A stretch of DNA of 64,000 nucleotides from positions 217,251 to 281,250 of the forward strand of contig CBDBHJ010000006.1 of NCBI GenBank assembly GCA_965205435.1. The letters run 5' to 3'. Each line of letters starts with the position of its first letter. Position 1 is the stretch's first letter. The translations under genes and the position numbers were made by a program. This DNA comes from Vicinamibacterales bacterium. Its GTDB lineage: Bacteria; Acidobacteriota; Vicinamibacteria; Vicinamibacterales; UBA8438. Positions 1 to 7,496 of the stretch are shown piece after piece. Under the pieces are notes generated by a model. It saw nothing but the letters and a program-made list of their open reading frames with translations, had not been told where the DNA came from and made no database searches.

Positions 1-49
1 TATTGCAGTAGGTGCGACAACACGCTAACATGTCGCCACTCTTCCAATC

Positions 50-967
50 GTGATTTCGAGTGAGGCAGTACCCCACCAGTTGAATCGTTCGGCCCGCCAC
101 AGGTTTTCGTGGCTTGTGACGATCGCCCTCGGCGTCGCTAGTGTCGGCTGCGCTCCGGGGGTGCCCGACGAACCTGTGGCCGCTGTGACGGTGCAGCTTG
201 ACCGGACCGTCGTGCCGCTGGGCGGTCCCCTCGAGATGGCCCTTCAGTTCGTCGTGCCACAGGAGCTGCAGCCGTTCAATGAAGACTTGCGGGTGATGGT
301 CCATTTTCTCGACTCGGACGGCGTCATGATGTGGGCCGCCGACCATGAGCCGTCGGTGCCGACCAGCCAGTGGCAGCCCGGCCAGACCATCTCGTATACG
401 CGGCGCGCTCGGGTTCCGATGTATCCCTACATCGGTGAGGCCGTGGTTGCGGTCGGGTTGTATTCGCCAGCGACCGGAGAGCGGTGGGCACTCGCGGGCG
501 ATCCCCTGGGCCAGCGCGCGTATCGAGCAGCGGCGGTCTCCCTCGAGCCTCAGTCCGAGAGCAGTCTCGTCTACTATCAAGACGGTTGGCACAATGACGA
601 GGTCGACCCCGCAAGCAATCTGCAGTGGCGCTGGACGACCGATCTCACCAGCCTCTCGTTTCGAAACCCCGGTACCGACGCGGTGCTCTATCTCGAACTC
701 GCCGGTCGTCCGGATTTGTTCGACGCCGCCCAGCGCGTGGAAGTCCGGGTCGGTGAGCATGCGGTCTATGAGGTTCGACTCGACAGCCAGGAGCGCCAGT
801 TCCATGAGATCCCGCTGAGTGTCGAGCAACTCGGCGACGCCGACTCGGTCACGCTTGACCTGCACGTCGATCGGACATTCGTGCCGGCGTCGGTTCCCGG
901 CGCTTCAAGTGCAGATCTGAGAAACCTTGGTGTACGTGTGTTTTACGCGTTCCTCGAGCCTCAGTAG
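50..967 (+). CDS. hypothetical secreted lipoprotein
   Basis: 305-aa ORF. N-terminal hydrophobic segment ends in a lipobox-like ASVGC. No catalytic motif recognised. Codon usage matches neighbouring genes. Confidence 0.5.
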   Translation: MISSEAVPHQLNRSARHRFSWLVTIALGVASVGCAPGVPDEPVAAVTVQLDRTVVPLGGPLEMALQFVVPQELQPFNEDLRVMVHFLDSDGVMMWAADHEPSVPTSQWQPGQTISYTRRARVPMYPYIGEAVVAVGLYSPATGERWALAGDPLGQRAYRAAAVSLEPQSESSLVYYQDGWHNDEVDPASNLQWRWTTDLTSLSFRNPGTDAVLYLELAGRPDLFDAAQRVEVRVGEHAVYEVRLDSQERQFHEIPLSVEQLGDADSVTLDLHVDRTFVPASVPGASSADLRNLGVRVFYAFLEPQ

Positions 968-991
968 GTTCTGGGGGTTTGTGAAGGTCGC

Positions 992-1693
992 ATGACGTGT
1001 GCTAGGTTCGTGGGAATGTCCAGACCCGAAACGGCCGCCCTGGCGGGTTTCCTGGCCGTGATCTGCTTCGGTACTCCTGCGGCCGCCCCAACCGGCTTCG
1101 AGCAGGTGCACTTTGCGTCGGGTCGTGTGATGCCGATCGCTGGGCATCACATCGACGGAGCGGCCATCGTCCTCGAGCTGCGGGGAGGTGGGTCGGTGCG
1201 CTGTGATCCGCTGCTGATCGATCGGATTGAGCTGGATGGGACACCACGAAACGAACCGGAGCTCGTTGCGGCGGTCTCGCCCACGAGAACTTCAGGTCTG
1301 CGGATGCTGGAACGGCCGTACGGTGCCCTGATTCAGGGGGCCGCGATGCGGCATGGTGTCGATCAATACCTCATCCATGCGCTGATCGAGGCTGAATCTG
1401 GCTATCGCTCGACGGCTGTGTCGCACCGTGGAGCGATGGGGCTGATGCAGCTGATGCCGGTCCTGGCTGCCGAGTATGCCGTCGCCGATCCGTACGATCC
1501 GGCCGAGAACATCGAGGCCGGCACACGACACTTGCGCCGCTTGATTGACAAGTACGGTATCGGGGGGGCGCTGGCCGCCTACAACGCCGGCGAAGGGTCG
1601 GTTCGGAAGTTCGACGGTATTCCCCCGTTTCCCGAGACCCACCAGTATGTCGCCAGGGTTATGGACCTCGTCGAGGCCAATCAGGGCGACTGA
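992..1693 (+). CDS. lytic transglycosylase (SLT domain)
   Basis: Signal-peptide-like N-terminus. SLT family-1 motifs: catalytic-Glu block LIEAESGY, then GLMQLMP and AYNAGEG. An alternative start at 1016 is possible. Confidence 0.85.
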   Translation: MTCARFVGMSRPETAALAGFLAVICFGTPAAAPTGFEQVHFASGRVMPIAGHHIDGAAIVLELRGGGSVRCDPLLIDRIELDGTPRNEPELVAAVSPTRTSGLRMLERPYGALIQGAAMRHGVDQYLIHALIEAESGYRSTAVSHRGAMGLMQLMPVLAAEYAVADPYDPAENIEAGTRHLRRLIDKYGIGGALAAYNAGEGSVRKFDGIPPFPETHQYVARVMDLVEANQGD

Positions 1694-1797
1694 TCACTGA
1701 TCGGTTCGAGCTCAGCCCGGCGGCTACAGCCCCCCCCCACCCCTGTTCAGTCGTAACTACAAGGAAACGTGTGATTTGGGCCATTCGGCCCTACATT

Positions 1798-1827
1798 TTG
1801 ACAGGGCAAGCGCTGATAATCTATTGT
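1798..1827 (+). promoter_or_regulatory. candidate sigma70-type promoter upstream of gspF
   Basis: TTGACA (1798-1803), 18-nt spacer, TATTGT (1822-1827), about 40 nt upstream of the 1865 start. Hexamer match only. Confidence 0.3.
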
Positions 1828-1837
1828 CGGACAATAG
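1821..1837. promoter_or_regulatory. inverted repeat CTATTGTC-G-GACAATAG, candidate operator
   Basis: Perfect 8+8 inverted repeat around one central base. It overlaps the putative -10 and lies 28 nt upstream of the gspF start. No U-tract follows, so it is unlikely to be a terminator. Confidence 0.35.
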
Positions 1838-1864
1838 GTTGCGACCGCGACTAGGGAGCGGGGT

Positions 1865-3073
1865 ATGGAGTTCCACTGTCGACTCGGCTCGCCTAACGGT
1901 GAGATCGTCGAAGGCGTCTACATCGCTGAGGACGAGACGAAACTCCGACAACAGCTCGAGGAGAAGGGACTGTACGTTCTATCGCTCCAGCGAAAAGGGA
2001 CGTTTGGCTCGATCGGCCTGTCGCTGCCGCAGCGGCGTCGGGTCAAGGCCCGTGAGTTCATTGTTTTCAACCAGGAATTGGCGACCCTGCTCCATGCCGG
2101 CATGCCGGTGGTCCAGTCACTCGACATTCTTCGTCAGCGAGTCGAGAACCCGGTGCTGAAGTCGGTGCTTGACGACGTTCACGACCGCGTACGAAGCGGG
2201 GCGGCGCTGTCTGACGCATTCGCGGCGCACGGAGACATATTTCCAGGCGTCTACACGGCGTCACTGCTGGCGGGGGAGAAGAGCGGCAGCCTCGAAGAGG
2301 TGCTCCGGCGGTACGTGGCGTATTCGCACGTGATTGGCACCGTTCGTCGGAAGACGCTCTCAGCCCTGATATACCCAGCGATCCTGATGGCGTTGTCGAT
2401 CGTGGTGGTCGGAATCATTGTGCTCCGCGTGGTCCCTGAGTTTGGTGACTTCTATGAGGGGCTGGGTGCTCAACTTCCACTGGGTACCCGCGCCATCGTG
2501 GCGACATCCGAGGCACTCCGGCAAAACATGCTCGCGATTGTCATCCTTGCGGCTGGGGCGACGGCACTCGGGTGGATGTGGTTGCGCCAGTCCGGTAGCC
2601 GGGCGATGCTTGATCGTTTCCTGTTGGAAATACCCGGAGTCGGCGGCATCGCTCGAAAGTTTGCGACCTCTCAGCTGGCTCGCACCCTCTCCACATTGCT
2701 GAAGGGGGGGATTCCGCTCGTCACCGCCCTCGATGTGGCCGGCGGGTCGATTGGCAACCGGTACTTCTCGCAGCAGCTGGCGACCGTTTCTCGTGAGGTC
2801 AGGGAGGGCCAGCCTCTGTCGACGACGCTGTCGGGACGCGGCATCTTTCCACCGGTCGCGGTCAAGATGGTGGAAGTCGGCGAGTCAACCGGGGCGCTCC
2901 AGCAGATGCTGACCAGCGTTGCTGACTTCTTTGACGAAGAAATCGAGACCTCGCTGTCGCGATTCATGACCCTCGTCGAGCCGCTGCTTCTGGTGATTAT
3001 GGGGATTATCATCGCGGGCCTGCTTCTTGCACTGTACATGCCGCTCATACAACTGGGATCGATCGTGTCATGA
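1865..3073 (+). CDS. gspF: type II secretion / type IV pilus platform protein GspF/PilC family
   Basis: 402 aa with the typical duplicated GspF architecture and three hydrophobic segments. SD-like GGGAGCGGGG lies upstream. The stop overlaps the next start (ATGA at 3070). Confidence 0.9.
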   Translation: MEFHCRLGSPNGEIVEGVYIAEDETKLRQQLEEKGLYVLSLQRKGTFGSIGLSLPQRRRVKAREFIVFNQELATLLHAGMPVVQSLDILRQRVENPVLKSVLDDVHDRVRSGAALSDAFAAHGDIFPGVYTASLLAGEKSGSLEEVLRRYVAYSHVIGTVRRKTLSALIYPAILMALSIVVVGIIVLRVVPEFGDFYEGLGAQLPLGTRAIVATSEALRQNMLAIVILAAGATALGWMWLRQSGSRAMLDRFLLEIPGVGGIARKFATSQLARTLSTLLKGGIPLVTALDVAGGSIGNRYFSQQLATVSREVREGQPLSTTLSGRGIFPPVAVKMVEVGESTGALQQMLTSVADFFDEEIETSLSRFMTLVEPLLLVIMGIIIAGLLLALYMPLIQLGSIVS

Positions 3074-4764
3074 CGGATTCAGGGAGCACCGAGACGCCCT
3101 CGCCGACCGGTCCGGACCTCGAGCGGACCGCTGACGCGGCGCCGTCGCCGACCGATCTGTATCTTTCCGAACATACCCGCAAGAGTGATGACGAGGTGGC
3201 CCACGCGCGACGACTCGCCGAGCGGTATCGGCTCGAGTATGTCGACATGGATCAGTTCTATATCGATCAGGAGCTGTTTCGATCGATTCCGGCCGACGTG
3301 ATGTTGCGATACGGATTCGTGCCGCACCGTCGCGAAGGGCAATCGCTGGTGATCGTCGTTTCCGATCCGACCGATGTGCCAAAGTTGGACGAGCTGGCGC
3401 TCCTGCTCGGGTCGCCGGTCAAGGTGACCGTCGGAACACCCTCGGCGATCGAGTCGATCCTCAAGAAGAGTGAAGGCTCTCAGCGGGTCTTGGACGAGGC
3501 GACTGAGAGTTTCGAGCTCCAGCTGTTGCACGACGACGACGCGAGTGAAGACAGCCTGACCGTCGAACGGCTGACGAGCGATCTCAGCCCGGTCATCCGC
3601 CTGGTCGACTCGATGATCTACACCGCGATCCAGCGTCGCGCCAGCGACATCCACGTGGAGACCCAGGATGACGCGGTCTACGTCAAGTATCGCGTCGACG
3701 GAGTGTTGCAGTCGGCGATGCGGCCGATCGACAAGCAGTATCACAGTTCAATCCTGTCTCGGATCAAAGTGATGTCAGAACTCGACATCGCGGAGAAGCG
3801 TGTCCCGCAGGATGGTCGGTTCAAGGTGCGGCTGCCGGGGAAGACGATCGATTGCCGCGTGTCGATCATGCCGAGCCTTCACGGCGAAGACGCCGTGATC
3901 CGGATTCTTGATAAGGAATCAATCAGTGAGCAGTTCCGTGAGCTCAATCTGGACATTCTGGGCTTTCGCGACGAGGAGCTCAGGCGGTTCCGCAAATATA
4001 TCGCCGAGCCTTATGGGATGGTGCTTGTGACGGGGCCGACCGGGAGTGGAAAGACCACGACCCTCTACGCGGCGTTGTCAGAGATCCAGTCGCCCGAGGA
4101 CAAGATCATCACGATCGAAGACCCCGTCGAGTATCAGCTGCGAGGCATCACTCAGATCCCCATCAACGAGCAGAAAGGCCTCACGTTCGCCCGGGGCCTT
4201 CGTTCGATTCTGCGTCATGACCCGGACAAAATCATGGTGGGGGAGATCCGCGATCCGGAGACTGCGCAGATTGCGATTCAGTCGGCACTGACAGGTCACC
4301 TGGTGTTTACGACGGTGCACGCCAACAACGTCGTTGATGTGTTGGGCCGGTTTCTGAACATGGGCGTCGAGGAGTACCAGTTTGTGTCGGCGCTCAACTG
4401 CGTCCTCGCCCAGCGGTTGGTCCGGACGATTTGCGCCGAGTGCCGGCGCCCCGTCCAGGTGGAGCGCGGTGAGCTCATCGAAGCGGGCCTCGATCCATCG
4501 TGGAGTGAACGTCACACGTTCTTCGAGGGCGGTGGCTGCATCGAGTGTGGCGGGACGGGATACAAGGGGCGGACGGCCGTCTGCGAGCTCCTGGACCTGA
4601 GCGACACCATCCGGGAGATGATCCTGGAGCGAAAGGCGACCTCGGAGATCAAGAAGGCGGCGCGGGATGAGGGCATGCGCTTCTTGCGAGAGGCGGCCGT
4701 CGACTGTGTTCTCGCTGGGGTGACAACCCTTCGCGAGATCAACAAGGTGACCTTTGTCGAATGA
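3070..4764 (+). CDS. gspE: GspE/PilB family secretion ATPase
   Basis: Walker A GPTGSGKTTT. N-terminal T2SSE_N-like domain. Tetracysteine motif CAEC...CIECGGTGYKGR. Translationally coupled on both sides. Confidence 0.92.
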   Translation: MTDSGSTETPSPTGPDLERTADAAPSPTDLYLSEHTRKSDDEVAHARRLAERYRLEYVDMDQFYIDQELFRSIPADVMLRYGFVPHRREGQSLVIVVSDPTDVPKLDELALLLGSPVKVTVGTPSAIESILKKSEGSQRVLDEATESFELQLLHDDDASEDSLTVERLTSDLSPVIRLVDSMIYTAIQRRASDIHVETQDDAVYVKYRVDGVLQSAMRPIDKQYHSSILSRIKVMSELDIAEKRVPQDGRFKVRLPGKTIDCRVSIMPSLHGEDAVIRILDKESISEQFRELNLDILGFRDEELRRFRKYIAEPYGMVLVTGPTGSGKTTTLYAALSEIQSPEDKIITIEDPVEYQLRGITQIPINEQKGLTFARGLRSILRHDPDKIMVGEIRDPETAQIAIQSALTGHLVFTTVHANNVVDVLGRFLNMGVEEYQFVSALNCVLAQRLVRTICAECRRPVQVERGELIEAGLDPSWSERHTFFEGGGCIECGGTGYKGRTAVCELLDLSDTIREMILERKATSEIKKAARDEGMRFLREAAVDCVLAGVTTLREINKVTFVE

Positions 4765-5723
4765 GTGAGATCCTCAACCGTCTCCTCGGGGCGCTGTCGA
4801 CGCCCGGTCCATCGGTGGGAGTCGAGATCGCGACAGACTGCGTGACGGGCGCCGCGCTCAGCTGGGTGAAGTCGACACCGAAGCTGATCGGCCACGCAAG
4901 CGTCCGCCTCCCGCACGGCGCGCTCGAACCGATAGCGGCCGCCCCCAATGTGATCGACCGCGACGTCGTCGTCGATGCCGTCCGTCAGGTGTTGGTGCGG
5001 CTTCCGCGGCGAGCCACACGAATCGGCCTCGTGGTACCAGACAGCGTCGGAAAGGTGTCGTTCGTCAGGTTCGACCAGGTTCCGGGACGGCCGGCCGACC
5101 TCGAGCGTCTCGTCGCGTGGCAGGTGCGCAAGGCGGTCCCGTTCCGCGTCGAGGACGCGCAGCTGGCCTACACGCCCGGCGTTCGATTGCCCGGGGGTGG
5201 CCAAGAGTTCGTCGTGGCGTTGATTCGTCGTGACATCGTGGAGGAGTACGAAGGGGTGTGTACCGCGGCGGGTGCCCACGCGGGTCTTGTCGATCTGGCG
5301 ACGTTCAATCTCGTCAACGCGGCGACCGCCATGTCGCCGCCGTCACATGCGGACTGGCTCCTCCTGCATGTCGCGCATGACGACAGCACGTTGGCGATCG
5401 TGCGGGGCCCGGACCTCATTTTCTTTCGGAACCGTCCGACCAGGACCGAGGGCGAACTGACCGATCTCGTGCATCAGAGTGCGATGTACTACGAAGACCG
5501 GCTGGAGGGACGGGGGATGGCGCGGACGGTCCTCGTCGCGAGCGCCGAGACGGCGGTGGCGCCGGAGATTGCCCGACACACACTGGAGGAGCGACTGGGC
5601 ACCGAGGTCGAGCGGCTGGCCTCGCACCGGGTCACGTCGGCACTTGGCGTCGATCCGGTCACACTCGATCCGCTGGCGGCACCCATCGGCCTCGTGATGC
5701 GCGAACAACTGTCGGCCGCGTGA
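4761..5723 (+). CDS. pilM: PilM-like actin-fold assembly protein
   Basis: 320 aa and cytoplasmic, with no TM segment. Position and length are typical of PilM directly upstream of a PilN-like gene. ATGA overlap with gspE. Confidence 0.7.
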   Translation: MSEILNRLLGALSTPGPSVGVEIATDCVTGAALSWVKSTPKLIGHASVRLPHGALEPIAAAPNVIDRDVVVDAVRQVLVRLPRRATRIGLVVPDSVGKVSFVRFDQVPGRPADLERLVAWQVRKAVPFRVEDAQLAYTPGVRLPGGGQEFVVALIRRDIVEEYEGVCTAAGAHAGLVDLATFNLVNAATAMSPPSHADWLLLHVAHDDSTLAIVRGPDLIFFRNRPTRTEGELTDLVHQSAMYYEDRLEGRGMARTVLVASAETAVAPEIARHTLEERLGTEVERLASHRVTSALGVDPVTLDPLAAPIGLVMREQLSAA

Positions 5724-5747
5724 AGACACGGCGAATCTGGATTCTCG

Positions 5748-6371
5748 ATGCTGCGGACGAATCTCGCGACCCGGCCGTTCTACAACGAGCGCGCCATCCA
5801 TTTCATCCTGGGCGGTATCGCGCTGGCCGCGGGGCTCGTACTGGCGACGAGCGGTGTCCGGTTGTCAGCGCTGTTTCAGGAGCGGGCGACACTGACGGCG
5901 GTGGCCGAATCGAACGAGCAGCAAGCGGACGAGATTCTCAACCAGACAGTCACACTCCAGCGCGGTGCCGGGGCGCCGGAGTTGGACCTGCTCGCCGCCG
6001 CCTCTCGCGAAGCGAATCGACTGATCGACCAGCGGGCGTTCTCGTGGACCGACTTCCTCAACCGGATCGAGGCGACGCTTCCGGACGACGTCATGCTGAC
6101 GTCCCTCCGTCCGGATGTGACCGACCGCGTCGTCGGCGTGCAAGTGGGCATCATCAGCCAGAGCGTCGTCGCGATCGATCGATTCATCGAGCAACTCGAA
6201 GGTACCGGCGCGTTCGCTGACGTATTGTCGCGGGAAGAGGAAATCACCGACGACGGACTCTACCGCGCGGTTCTCTATGGGCGGCACGTCCCGTTGCCCG
6301 CGGTACCGCCGGCACCCCCAGTACCCGATAACGCGAACGACAGCGCGACTCCGACGGGGGTCACGCAGTGA
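5748..6371 (+). CDS. pilN: PilN-like bitopic assembly protein
   Basis: Short conserved N-terminus (LRTNLATRPFYNER), one TM segment, then coiled-coil and a periplasmic domain, as in PilN/GspL C-terminal halves. Confidence 0.65.
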   Translation: MLRTNLATRPFYNERAIHFILGGIALAAGLVLATSGVRLSALFQERATLTAVAESNEQQADEILNQTVTLQRGAGAPELDLLAAASREANRLIDQRAFSWTDFLNRIEATLPDDVMLTSLRPDVTDRVVGVQVGIISQSVVAIDRFIEQLEGTGAFADVLSREEEITDDGLYRAVLYGRHVPLPAVPPAPPVPDNANDSATPTGVTQ

Positions 6372-6940
6372 CATTGCTCGGTCGGATCGTCGCCGAGAAA
6401 CGGACGGGGATAACGGTTGTCGTCGTCATGGTCGTGGCGGCCGTCGGTCTGTATGTCCTGGCGGTGTATCCCTTGACGATCCGGGCGGCGGCGATTCGCG
6501 CGCGCCAGGCCGCCTCCGTGCAGGCGCTCGCGTCGGCACAGCAGAGTTACGACGCGGTGCGGGCAACAATCGACGGGAAGGGCGCCGCCAGCGACCAGCT
6601 TGAGCGCTTCTATGGTGAGATCTTGCCACCCGATTTGGCGGGGGCTCGTGGGATCACGTACGCGAGACTCGCCGCGCTGGCCGGCAGATACAACCTCGTG
6701 ATGGAACGACGCAGCAGCGCGTTGGAGCAGGACGACACCAGCGATCTGGCGCGGCTGCGAATGACCATGCTGCTGGCTGGCGAGTGGGCCGATATCCGCG
6801 CGTTCATCGCGGCGGTTGAAGACGCCCCCGAGTTCGTCGTGATTCAGGAGATTGTGCTGAGTCAGAGTGAGGAGGTGGGCGCCTCCCTGGCACTGGCCCT
6901 CGGTGTGTCCACCTACTATCGCGTCGAGCGTGGAGCCTGA
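6368..6940 (+). CDS. pilO: PilO/GspM-like assembly protein
   Basis: 190 aa: one TM segment, coiled-coil, and a C-terminal ferredoxin-like region ending in the pattern LLAGEWADIRAFIAAVE...VVIQEIVL. GTGA overlap with pilN. Confidence 0.6.
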   Translation: MTLLGRIVAEKRTGITVVVVMVVAAVGLYVLAVYPLTIRAAAIRARQAASVQALASAQQSYDAVRATIDGKGAASDQLERFYGEILPPDLAGARGITYARLAALAGRYNLVMERRSSALEQDDTSDLARLRMTMLLAGEWADIRAFIAAVEDAPEFVVIQEIVLSQSEEVGASLALALGVSTYYRVERGA

Positions 6941-6942
6941 CG

Positions 6943-7491
6943 ATGCCGATCACAGTGCCGTGGAAGCGAGTCCTTGCCCTCTGTTCGATGTTTCTAGCAT
7001 GCGGAGGGTGTCAGGACGTGCAACCGGGCTCGACTCGGGATGCTCCGATCGAGCAAACTGGCATGAGTCCCGGTTCGCCGGCCGATACAGAAGGGGAGAC
7101 CGAACTGGAAGTCCGTCTCGAGGCGATCGATCGTGTGCGCCCCCAGGTGTCGCTGCAGCCCCGCAACCCGTTTCGGTTCGGCGGGTCGACCCCGACCACG
7201 CCGGCCGTCGGGGACCTGGCGCCGCCACCTGGCGCCGGCGAGCCCTTGCCGACGTTTCCTTCCGGCGCCGATGTCGCGCCACGCGTTCGGTTACGCATGA
7301 TCGGTCTCGTCGACGCATCAGAAACCGCCGGACGAATCGCCGTGTTGACCGATGGCGACGTCGTGTTTCATGGACGTGAGGGAGAGACCGTCGAAGGGCG
7401 CTACCGGATCCTGAGCGTAGGCCCGATGTCGGTGGAGATTGAGTTCGTGCGGGACGGCCGTCGCCAGGTGTTGCGACTCGCCGGTTCCTGA
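6943..7491 (+). CDS. PilP/GspC-HR-like probable lipoprotein
   Basis: N-terminal signal with Cys cluster (FLACGGC), Pro-rich linker, and a C-terminal beta domain (RLRMIGLV...IAVLTDGD...GETVEGRYRILSV) resembling PilP and the GspC HR domain. Confidence 0.5.
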   Translation: MPITVPWKRVLALCSMFLACGGCQDVQPGSTRDAPIEQTGMSPGSPADTEGETELEVRLEAIDRVRPQVSLQPRNPFRFGGSTPTTPAVGDLAPPPGAGEPLPTFPSGADVAPRVRLRMIGLVDASETAGRIAVLTDGDVVFHGREGETVEGRYRILSVGPMSVEIEFVRDGRRQVLRLAGS

Positions 7492-7496
7492 GCGTC

